This document shows, piece by piece, positions 40,389-49,065 of a DNA stretch of 64,000 bases (its first letter is position 1; every line of letters starts with the position of its first letter). The stretch comes from Terriglobia bacterium (lineage in GTDB: Bacteria > Acidobacteriota > Terriglobia > 20CM-2-55-15), in the NCBI GenBank assembly GCA_963664115.2, contig CAXWPJ010000011.1:32001-96000 (forward strand), given 5' to 3'. Made by a program: the position numbers and the translations under genes. The notes under the pieces were generated by a model. It ran no database searches. It was not told the DNA's origin and worked only from the letters and a program-made list of their open reading frames with translations.

Positions 40389-41846
40389 ATGCGAAAACGA
40401 ATAGGGGATTTGACCCGCCGCGATTTGCTGAAATTGTTCGGTGTGGGCGTGGGCGCGTCGCTTGCTGGCCAAGTCGCGTCGCCGCGCAAGGTTCGAGCCG
40501 CACAAGGTTCGAGGGTGACGCCACGAGGGTCGGCGCGCAATTGTATTGTGATTCAAAATGGAGGCGCCCCGAGTCCGTGGGAGACCTTCGACTTCAAGGA
40601 AACGAAGTGGACGGCGGATGATCTGGATATTCAGCGGGTAAATTCGGAAGTCGTTCTGTCGAAAACCCTCTTCCCCCGTGCCCATGAAACCTGGGCGCCA
40701 CGAGCCTCCTTTGTTCGTTCAATGAGGGGAGGCGCGTTGGTTCACTTCCCGGCCCAGTACCACCAACAGGCCGGTCGCGCACTGAACACCGCAATCGTCC
40801 GGGAGGTTCCGGCATTGGGCAGCGTCGTCGCGAGTGAGCTCGATTCCGAGCGTCGAGAGTCCGACACGTTTCCCACGTTTGTCAGTCTCGACTTGTGGAA
40901 CATTCGGTGTGCGCCATTGGGATCTGGAATGTTGCATCCTCGCTTTGCGGGACTGGACCTCAACACAACCAGCGTATTCGATGCCTTCGGTGGCGATGGT
41001 CCGGAGAGCAATTCGAAGTTGGCGGAACGCTGGGAGGCGCTGAACCGATGGTCAGAGGTTTCCAACCCAGGGGGCAACGACCGGTTTGGCCCGAAGAACG
41101 AAGAATACCAGGCCTCCTATGACTACGGCATCGAGGTCTTACTGGATCCACGGTTTAAGACAGCACTCAACCTGACCGATGAGGAGAAGACGCGGTACGG
41201 CGTGGATGTCGATGGCGGGAACACGAAGCTGGGCCTGGGAATGCTCCTGGCGCGGAATCTGCTGGCCGCCGATGCGGGTACGCGAATGCTGTGGGTGGCC
41301 AACGGCTACAATGGCAGAAACGGGGTATTTGATAACCATTCGGGCCTGTACAAGAGGGGCGTCCCGGCATCAGCCCAGGCACAACCGATATATACAAGCG
41401 TCCCCAGGTTTGATCTAGCGTTCTCGGCCCTGGTTGAAGACCTTCTGGCCATGCCCGGCCATGAACCTGGAAAGACGATGTTAGATGAAACCCTGATAGT
41501 CGTCACCCAGGAATTCGGACGCACACCAGAAATGAACTCTGCCGGCGGCCGTGACCATTTCGGCCCCCTGTTTACGAATGTGTTTCTGGGAGGCGGCGTC
41601 CAGGAGGGACGGGTGATCGGCAAGACGGACGGAACCGGCGAGAATTTGATCGAAACGGGTTGGCAACATCGAGAACAACCAATGATGGATCACGTCACGT
41701 CGACAATCTATTCGGCTTTGGGCATCGATTACAGCAAGGTATTCGAAGACACGCCATCGGGACGCGTCTTCGAACTCCAGCAAACCGCCCCGCTCGGGGG
41801 TCCGGCGTTTATTCCTCGGACGGAGATCCACGAGTTGTTTGTATGA
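40389..41846 (+). CDS. DUF1501 domain protein, Tat-exported
   Basis: TRRDLLK, GGAPS.WETFD.K, FDNH, EFGRTP, GGRDH. Confidence 0.9.
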   Translation: MRKRIGDLTRRDLLKLFGVGVGASLAGQVASPRKVRAAQGSRVTPRGSARNCIVIQNGGAPSPWETFDFKETKWTADDLDIQRVNSEVVLSKTLFPRAHETWAPRASFVRSMRGGALVHFPAQYHQQAGRALNTAIVREVPALGSVVASELDSERRESDTFPTFVSLDLWNIRCAPLGSGMLHPRFAGLDLNTTSVFDAFGGDGPESNSKLAERWEALNRWSEVSNPGGNDRFGPKNEEYQASYDYGIEVLLDPRFKTALNLTDEEKTRYGVDVDGGNTKLGLGMLLARNLLAADAGTRMLWVANGYNGRNGVFDNHSGLYKRGVPASAQAQPIYTSVPRFDLAFSALVEDLLAMPGHEPGKTMLDETLIVVTQEFGRTPEMNSAGGRDHFGPLFTNVFLGGGVQEGRVIGKTDGTGENLIETGWQHREQPMMDHVTSTIYSALGIDYSKVFEDTPSGRVFELQQTAPLGGPAFIPRTEIHELFV

Positions 41847-42643
41847 ACAGACTGATAGTGTTCGCGATCCTGTGTTCCGTTTGCGCCGCGTTGCCAATCG
41901 CGGCGCAAACGGGGGCACCGGAAGGCATGGTGCAGATTCCCGCCGGCGAGTTCTGGATGGGCCGTGCCCACGCCATCGATAATGATGCGGACGATAACTT
42001 GCCGCGGGTCTGGCGGGATGACAGGCCCGCCAACCTGGTTTATTTGGACGCCTTCTACATTGATCAATACGAGGTAGGAAACGCGGACTATGCCCGGTTT
42101 CTGGAAGCGACGGGCGCTCAGGCGCCGTGGCACTGGCCCGAAGGCGAAATCGCTGAGGGTCAAGAACGGCAAGCTGTTTCCAACGTCAACTGGTTCGAGG
42201 CGGACGCCTACTGCCAGGCGGCAGGCAAACGTCTCCCCACCGAAGCGGAATGGGAGAAGGGGGTACGAGGCGGGCGAGATCGGGAAATTTACGCATGGGA
42301 CGGTGGCGTCGTTGCGGACGAGTATCGCCCAACTTTCGAAGCCGGCGGGCCGGCAGCTGTTTCCCTTAACAAGGCCGCGGCCGTCGGATCATATCCACCC
42401 AACGGTTATGGTCTCTACGACATGATCGGTAACGTGATCGAATGGACCAATGACTGGTATGACCGCGGTTACTATGCTTTCATGCCGAAAACCAATCCAC
42501 AGGGACCCGACGACGGTCTATACAAAAGCACTCGTGGCGGTGGTTGGGCGGAAGGCCGGGGCTCAAAGTTGGCGAATTATTACCGCAACTTCAGTGATCC
42601 TGATCTCCGTGGCTCCACGATAGGCTTCCGCTGCGCACAGTAA
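41843..42643 (+). CDS. FGE/SUMF1-sulfatase domain protein
   Basis: IPAGEF.MG, RLPTEAEWEK, PNGYGLYDM.GNV.EW, RGG.W, GFRC; ATGA overlap with the upstream gene. Confidence 0.92.
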   Translation: MNRLIVFAILCSVCAALPIAAQTGAPEGMVQIPAGEFWMGRAHAIDNDADDNLPRVWRDDRPANLVYLDAFYIDQYEVGNADYARFLEATGAQAPWHWPEGEIAEGQERQAVSNVNWFEADAYCQAAGKRLPTEAEWEKGVRGGRDREIYAWDGGVVADEYRPTFEAGGPAAVSLNKAAAVGSYPPNGYGLYDMIGNVIEWTNDWYDRGYYAFMPKTNPQGPDDGLYKSTRGGGWAEGRGSKLANYYRNFSDPDLRGSTIGFRCAQ

Positions 42644-42677
42644 GAAGAACAACCAAAAAACCTCAGGACGTAGCGTT

Positions 42678-43262
42678 ATGCGTTGGGTGATTGTTTCAAT
42701 ATTGATCACACTCCTTTCCGTATCTGGGTCTCAGGCTCAGACTTCAACAGAACCTCCACCTGCCGAGCCTGTGCTCGACCCCACCCTGCTGGGCCAGGAA
42801 TGGGTGGATCGACTGAATGCGCTCGGCGACTGGCACATAACTATGGATGGAAGGGAAGAAGGAATCGACCAAGTGGTCGATGCTTTTATGGAGCCCTTAG
42901 ATCCCGATGTGCTTGTGGAGGTACCGCCCCACGATGAAAAACAGATTGGACCCGTTATGCTTATCGGCACCCGGCAGGTGCGGCAATGGGCCGATAAGTT
43001 TGCGAGATCTAATGTCGAGATCAGCTACTATCTGAAACGTCAGACCGAGAAGGAAGTCGAAGGAGAACGAATGGTCTATTCCAAGGTGTTGCCTTGGGGC
43101 GGACTGGGTATTTCGTTCCCTATCATCGCAGACTATGCTGTTCGTGAGGATCGTCGAAGGTTTATGGAAGTGGGAGCCGTGTTCCTGCAGTATGGAGAGG
43201 ATGGAAAGATCCAGCGCTTCCGTCTTATGCAAGCCGAAAAAGAGGAGGTTCTTGACGATTAG
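42678..43262 (+). CDS. Exported hypothetical protein (possibly NTF2/SnoaL-like)
   Basis: Signal peptide; last gene of the operon; ends ...EDGKIQRFR. Confidence 0.65.
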   Translation: MRWVIVSILITLLSVSGSQAQTSTEPPPAEPVLDPTLLGQEWVDRLNALGDWHITMDGREEGIDQVVDAFMEPLDPDVLVEVPPHDEKQIGPVMLIGTRQVRQWADKFARSNVEISYYLKRQTEKEVEGERMVYSKVLPWGGLGISFPIIADYAVREDRRRFMEVGAVFLQYGEDGKIQRFRLMQAEKEEVLDD

Positions 43263-43349
43263 TTTTCAGTTAGGGATTGATAAGGAAACCGTAGACGGAT
43301 TGGCGGCATCCTCAGCAATCGCAGCCGCCCATGTCCGCCCCGCGGGAGA

Positions 43350-44246
43350 TCACTCGGGCATCAACTCGTCGATCATCCCGTCGATCGAGTTCGTGCTCGC
43401 TCGGCCCCCCTCCTGCCAGCCGTACTCGTCGCTTTCCAGCACTCCCACGATCTCTTCTTTAGTCTTGTTGTCACGGAGCATCTGCGTCACTCGCCATCGT
43501 ATCGACGCGATCTGCGCTCGCCACCGCGTGAAGCCCTCGCGGTCGGTCACGGGCCCGTGTCCTGGCACCACGGTGTCGAAATTCAGCCCCAGGGCAGAGT
43601 CACCCACCTTCTCCCGACCCGCGAAGCTCCCTCCAGTATTGTAGTCAATATAGAATGCGAAGGTGGGCGACCCGGTCGTGTTTTCACCCCGCCCGTTCCC
43701 CGTGTTAAAGCAATCGCCACTGGAAAGCACCCTCACGGCCGGAAAGTAAACGAAGCTGTCACCATCGGTGTGGCATGGCCCGAAATGGTAAACGATCGCC
43801 TCTTTTCCGCCCAGGTTGATCGTCATCTGATCGGCATAGGTCATTTCAGGCAGGCCCGGTTGATTGTTACGGACCATTGCCGCCGCTGCGTTTTCATGAG
43901 CGACGAGTACGGTCGACGCGGGCATACTTGCGTTTCCGCCGCTGTGGTCCCCATGCGGGTGTGTATTGATGACGTATTTCACCGGCTGGTCCGTAAAGGA
44001 TCGCAGTGCCGCCTGAAGCTGGTCGTAAGTGCGATCGAACTTATCGTCGACCAGAATCAGGCCTTCATCGGTCACGTACACGGAAACGTTGCTGCCCTCA
44101 CCCTGGATGACGTAGAAATCGTCCGCGATCTCTAAGACCGGAAGTGGACCCGAATTCTGCGGATTCTCGGCCGCGGCGTCCTGGTCTTGAGCGAAAAAAG
44201 CCGTACAAAGGACCAGGGCGGTCAGCACCACCACGCGAGTTCTCAT
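43350..44246 (-). CDS. Exported MBL-fold metallo-hydrolase (cyclase-like)
   Basis: INTHPHGDHSGGN, HTDGD, SGD, VPGHG. Confidence 0.9.
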   Translation of the reverse strand: MRTRVVVLTALVLCTAFFAQDQDAAAENPQNSGPLPVLEIADDFYVIQGEGSNVSVYVTDEGLILVDDKFDRTYDQLQAALRSFTDQPVKYVINTHPHGDHSGGNASMPASTVLVAHENAAAAMVRNNQPGLPEMTYADQMTINLGGKEAIVYHFGPCHTDGDSFVYFPAVRVLSSGDCFNTGNGRGENTTGSPTFAFYIDYNTGGSFAGREKVGDSALGLNFDTVVPGHGPVTDREGFTRWRAQIASIRWRVTQMLRDNKTKEEIVGVLESDEYGWQEGGRASTNSIDGMIDELMPE

Positions 44247-44575
44247 TGAAGCACCTCCAGAAATGGTGTGTCATCGTTGTCTCAGCCGAAGCGCAGAGAC
44301 CCACCCCACCACAACAATTATGTATGGGGGCGATGGTGGGGAGCATTGCACGAATGCCTGTTGGATTGCACCACTCGATTCGATTCCGTCCAGGGATCCG
44401 TCTGCGTCTCTCTTTCGTTTGGCCCATGGAAGAGCAAAAAGTGTCTTCAACCCCTTTTACGATAAATTGAATAACTACAGGTCACCGCAAAATTTCTTGA
44501 CAGCACAGAACGCCGCCCGTAGGCTTCACCCGAGTACAGTAGTTTCCAACGCCAGCAAGAATTATGGAGGAACTG

Positions 44576-44995
44576 ATGTCGCGCACATTACGGTTCGCGG
44601 TGGTTCTAGCGTTTGCGGTGTTCTGTTTCGCCGTCACCCCTGCTCTGGCCCACCATTATCACGGGCTGAGCTTCGACCCCACGAAGAAGATCACGCTGTC
44701 GGGGACGGTGACGCGGGTGGAGTTCAGGAATCCGCACATCCGCTTTGATATCAATGTCGTGGATGAGAATGGACAGGTCGCAAGCTGGTCGGTCCAAGGC
44801 TCTCCTCTGAACGTCGCATTTCGACGCGGATGGCGGGCGGATGACATGCAGCCGGGCGACCGCGTCACGGTCACGGATGCGAATATGTCGAGGGACGGGT
44901 CGGCGCGCATCGACGGCGGCACAGTGACTTTTGCCGACGGTCGAGAAGTATTGAGTGGAACCGCGACCGATTACGCAGGGTCGGGAAACGATTAG
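44576..44995 (+). CDS. DUF6152-like exported protein
   Basis: ALA|HHYH...FD, NPH, WSVQG, PGDRVTV. Confidence 0.85.
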   Translation: MSRTLRFAVVLAFAVFCFAVTPALAHHYHGLSFDPTKKITLSGTVTRVEFRNPHIRFDINVVDENGQVASWSVQGSPLNVAFRRGWRADDMQPGDRVTVTDANMSRDGSARIDGGTVTFADGREVLSGTATDYAGSGND

Positions 44996-45113
44996 GATAA
45001 TTTCGCAGGTTCCGTTGGGCTGAAGGCGGCGGGTTGCAGGTGGGCGTTTCTCCTCGATTCCGACGCATAATCGGCAGATCCGCTTGCAGCACGCCTTGAG
45101 GAGAGATCCAATT

Positions 45114-46070
45114 ATGGGACAGCACTCCCCCCTGAATCTGATATCTGCAGTCGGGGTCATACTTGGCGTTTTGATCGCGGCGCCAGTGACGACCGCGGCT
45201 CAAGTCAGACCCTGGTCATCGTTCCAGGCTGACGCCGGCCTTGCCTCGACTACCCATATTGACTGGAATCAAACTCCCGACTACCTCTATCACATGGAGG
45301 AGTGGGATGGAGTCTTCCCGAAGGAAACGGGTCCTCGAGACTTTCGGGGCATTTGGAGAGGCCAGGGCGGGCGGCCCTGGGACGTCAGCGATCTGCGCCG
45401 AGGAAGAGAGATCGGCATCTTTGACGGCGGGGGCGGTGGTCTCCAGACGGACATTACCGCCAGCCTGCTGCCGGGTGAGGAAATCGTGCTCACCGAATAC
45501 GGCGCTGAAAGGTACAGAAACATGGATATATCCGAGGGGCCGGCCATGCGTTGCCTGCCCTATGGTCCGGTCAGAGTCATGCTTCAGGCGGACCCGAAGG
45601 AGTATATCCAAAACGATAAACAGTTGTTGATGCTCACCGAGCTGCAGGCCGCGTTTCGACAGATCCATCTGGATGGCCGTGATCATCCCGCGGAAGGCTT
45701 TGATCTTCGAGCCTGGTGGGGACATTCGGTTGGCCACTGGGAGGAAAACACACTGGTGATCGAGACCATCGGTGTCAATGACCGGGTGTGGATAGACTTC
45801 GGCGGCTTGGAGAACAGCAACCAGTTGCACCTGGTCGAACGGCTCCGCAAGCTCGATGACAACACGCTGCTCTGGGCGGTAACGGTCACGGATCCGGTCT
45901 ATTTTCAGAAGCCGTTCACGGCCGAGCGATTTCTCTATCGGGTGCATCCCGACGACGCGCCCCGGCTGCTGCCGGGAATCTGTCACGACGGAGAAACGGA
46001 TTTTGCGCATCGGCAACCTACTCCGCCGATACGCCACCGCGTTCCCCCCACGATGCCCGACTCCCGCTGA
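45114..46070 (+). CDS. Exported hypothetical protein, DUF6152-partner family
   Basis: CLPYGP.R, I.LDGR.H, GHSVG.WE..TLVIET, DP, terminal CHD. Confidence 0.85.
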   Translation: MGQHSPLNLISAVGVILGVLIAAPVTTAAQVRPWSSFQADAGLASTTHIDWNQTPDYLYHMEEWDGVFPKETGPRDFRGIWRGQGGRPWDVSDLRRGREIGIFDGGGGGLQTDITASLLPGEEIVLTEYGAERYRNMDISEGPAMRCLPYGPVRVMLQADPKEYIQNDKQLLMLTELQAAFRQIHLDGRDHPAEGFDLRAWWGHSVGHWEENTLVIETIGVNDRVWIDFGGLENSNQLHLVERLRKLDDNTLLWAVTVTDPVYFQKPFTAERFLYRVHPDDAPRLLPGICHDGETDFAHRQPTPPIRHRVPPTMPDSR

Positions 46071-46284
46071 GTCCGCTGGCCTGTTTGGCGCGAATCGGGC
46101 GCGAATCGAAGGAAGCGCCAAAGGGCTTCGTTCGTAAAAGGTCATCCTCTCCCGGTTCCAACTTTACAGAGACCGAACGCGGGCTGGCGAGGGGCAGGAC
46201 GCACGACCCGACTTGGCAGAAGCCTTGATCTGAACTCGGCCTTGGGGATCGAGCCGAGTGGCTGGCAACAGAGGCCGGACCGAA

Positions 46285-46770
46285 CTACTCTGCGAAGAAG
46301 GGCATCAAACGGCCACAGAACATGACCACGATCCAGAGTACGAGCGAACTCGCGGCAATCAGCTTCGCGGGTGGGGGCGCATCCTCTCCCGGCTTCAGTT
46401 CCTTAACTCGACGAAACACGCCCGTGACATAGAACAGCAGCACGTTGGCACCGGCAAGAGCGATGAACCCCATCTTCGCGAGAAACACCGGATTGCCGAT
46501 GTATGCGCGGGGCAGGCAGACAAAAAACAGCGTGCCCGTTATCAGATTCACGGCGAAACCCAAAACCCCCCACGGAATCAGGGCGTGCAGCGAGCCGATG
46601 TCGACCGCCTTCCCGAGCCCCAACATGCGCATATCGAACGTGCCGATCACGCCGACCAGGAGGGCTAATCCGATAAAATGGAGAATCTCCGACGTTGGCC
46701 AAAACCACGGATTGTCCCGCAGGAATTGCGAAAGCGCGCTTTGCTCGACAATGCTCAGAAAAGAATCCAT
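46285..46770 (-). CDS. DUF6644-like four-TM membrane protein
   Basis: E.S.LS..LR, LHFIGLALLVG, D.R.LG, F..KM, W..V..CGR. Confidence 0.8.
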   Translation of the reverse strand: MDSFLSIVEQSALSQFLRDNPWFWPTSEILHFIGLALLVGVIGTFDMRMLGLGKAVDIGSLHALIPWGVLGFAVNLITGTLFFVCLPRAYIGNPVFLAKMGFIALAGANVLLFYVTGVFRRVKELKPGEDAPPPAKLIAASSLVLWIVVMFCGRLMPFFAE

Positions 46771-46824
46771 GGCGGATCTTCCTTAAGTATCACCTGTGAC
46801 TCGGCACACAGTCTACTGAGGGTG

Positions 46825-47307
46825 CTATCCACCGAAGTATGCGAGCAAGCGCCCGGTGACGATGGCGCCGGTCCAACAAACCAACGAAGCGAGGGCCAAT
46901 AACCTGGTGGGTACCATAGAAATTTCATCGAGAGACGGATCGCGCAATCTATTTCTGATCAGATAGACAGCCACTACAGCCAAAGCGATGAAAACGAGCT
47001 TGAGATAAAAGAATGGGTCCGTCAACCTCACGGTAGCGAAGGCGATAGTGAGCAACACTCCCGATGCCGCATTGATCCAAAACCCAACCCACATGATCGG
47101 GTAGTAGGCTTCCATGGATGCCATGGAAGCCGGACGTTTGCGAGATCCGAATCCCAGGACCCGCAGATCGATGGTTGCGGAAACGCCCACTAAAAACGCC
47201 AATCCCACCGTGTGCAGTGCAAGAATCGTTGGAAAAGCCAATAGTGAGGGCGATTGGCGCACCCAAACTCCAAGTGCCGTGGACTCGATCGAAACCAGTA
47301 GGTCCAT
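46825..47307 (-). CDS. DUF6644-like four-TM membrane protein
   Basis: LHTVGLAFLVG, DLRVLG, F..KL, W..AI..GRLLAY. Confidence 0.8.
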   Translation of the reverse strand: MDLLVSIESTALGVWVRQSPSLLAFPTILALHTVGLAFLVGVSATIDLRVLGFGSRKRPASMASMEAYYPIMWVGFWINAASGVLLTIAFATVRLTDPFFYLKLVFIALAVVAVYLIRNRLRDPSLDEISMVPTRLLALASLVCWTGAIVTGRLLAYFGG

Positions 47308-47500
47308 ATTTACCCGTTCAGTTGCCGGCTCGCTTTGCTAAGCTTCCCGGTCTCATGCCTTAGGGCCGAGCCTATTGCGACTGAACATGTAGTCTATACA
47401 CCACCGGGATCTGGCCTGTTGACGGACAGCCGAGGGAGTTTCTCCTCGGCGACCGATGGAACCTGTACCGAGCCCCGGGCCGGGGGCCGCTGCCTCAACA

Positions 47501-48529
47501 TCACGGCATCACTGGCTGGATGCGGTGATGGGGCACCCAGATCATCGGGGTCTCGGCGCCCATTTCAAAATCATGGCAGATCTTCGGCCGGAGTTCGTTC
47601 ACTTCGTCCCGATACAGAAACCGTTCGAACGTCCATGGTTTCTGGTAGTAGACCGGATCGTTGACTGTGACGGCCCAGAGCATCGTGTTGTCGTCAAGTT
47701 TGCGGAAACGGTCGATCAAGTGTAACTGGTTGCTGGCCGGCAGACCTGCGCTGTCGATCCAGACGCGGTCGTTGACGCCGAAGGTTTCGACAACCAACGT
47801 ATCTCCCTCCCAACGGCCGACGGATTGCCCATTCCAAGCGGCGAATGCCACCCCAAGTTCAGAGTGGGGGCGTCCATCCATGAAAATCTGTCGCACGACC
47901 TCAGTGTGCATCTCGGCGAGGATCACGATTTGATCCTCCGTCATGACGAATTCCTTTGGGGAATTGTTACTCAGCGGCCGGATGGGACCGTATGGAATGC
48001 AATCCGATCTCGGCCCATAGGAAGCGACAACTTCTCGATATAACTCGGCACCAAGTGGGGTTAGAACGATTTCCTCGCCCGGCAGCAGATCGGGGGTCAC
48101 ATCGAGTCCGCTGGAACCCGGTCTGCCGGACTGGATGTTGCTCAGCGAAGAGGGGTCTCCTGCTCGAGCCAGGTTTAGCTGGGCTGAGGCAGGCGTTTCA
48201 TCCGGCCGGCCGCGCCGCATGTCTTCCAGGCCCTGGCGCGGGGGCTGCCCCCGCCATACGCCACTAAAGTCCCGGGGGCCGGTATCTTTCGGGAATACTC
48301 CATCCTCTTCCCGCATGTAATGAAGATAGTCGGGCGTTTGATTCCAGTCGATGTCGGCCGTTGAAGCCAGGCTTTCCTGGGTTTCGAATGATGTCCAGGG
48401 TTCTATTGTAGATTGGGCCGTAGTTTGAGCCCAGGACCAGGATTCCTTCGCCGCGGCAGGCAGGTGCGTTAGAAGCAGACCCCCCAATACGGATACCACC
48501 ATAAAGGTTGAGAGCCTGAAGCGCGTCAT
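47501..48529 (-). CDS. Exported hypothetical protein, DUF6152-partner family; close paralogue of 45114-46070
   Basis: Shares IDWNQTPDYL..M.E.DGVFPK.TGPRDF.G.WRGQ and LLPGEEIVLT. Confidence 0.85.
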   Translation of the reverse strand: MTRFRLSTFMVVSVLGGLLLTHLPAAAKESWSWAQTTAQSTIEPWTSFETQESLASTADIDWNQTPDYLHYMREEDGVFPKDTGPRDFSGVWRGQPPRQGLEDMRRGRPDETPASAQLNLARAGDPSSLSNIQSGRPGSSGLDVTPDLLPGEEIVLTPLGAELYREVVASYGPRSDCIPYGPIRPLSNNSPKEFVMTEDQIVILAEMHTEVVRQIFMDGRPHSELGVAFAAWNGQSVGRWEGDTLVVETFGVNDRVWIDSAGLPASNQLHLIDRFRKLDDNTMLWAVTVNDPVYYQKPWTFERFLYRDEVNELRPKICHDFEMGAETPMIWVPHHRIQPVMP

Positions 48530-48713
48530 AGTGTATCCCTCCTGGCGTTCCTTATTAGAGTTCCCGTAGCCAGACCCATTGAATGCTCTCTTGCGATGAC
48601 CCAATATCTAAGGGCGGCGATATCGCCTCGGGGTTTAGCGCGCGGGATGCGGTGCATTGAAACATGTTTAGCTGACGACTTGCAAAATAAAAACGGATAA
48701 CCAGATGTGAGCC

Positions 48714-48885
48714 GCCCCAGGGTGTACGGCACACGGCCCGACCCAAGAGTCCGCTCTTGCCACGCAAAGGAGGCCATCGCCTTATGGATCGAGACAGCGA
48801 AGGCACACGGCGACCTGGTTCCGCATCCGTTGCCACGTGGGTTCTCACTGAAATACCTTCAGGATGAAGGTTGTGTTTTCCAGTC
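48714..48885 (+). pseudogene. hicB: HicB antitoxin remnant followed by a possible HicA start
   Basis: PGCTAHGPTQESAL, frameshift, HAKEAIALWIETAK.HGD.VP.P; then LKYLQDEGCVF. Confidence 0.65.
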
Positions 48886-49065
48886 TCCGAGGAAGTTTGT
48901 ATCAGACCCACCATCTCTTTCAATTCTATTGACATGCGAAATCGGCATGTTAGCCTACCCGTATATCGATTCCAAACACTTGTAGAATCTATGCGGATGT
49001 GGTTTTCGGGGGCGCTGCGTCCGCTGAAGACGGCAGCAAATCCCTAAGAGTGGAGGTCAACTTTC

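Noticed and set aside
45114-48529. Paralogue similarity as a DGR template/variable repeat pair
   Set aside because: Both are full-length genes, differences are not visibly adenine-specific, and no reverse transcriptase is in the window.
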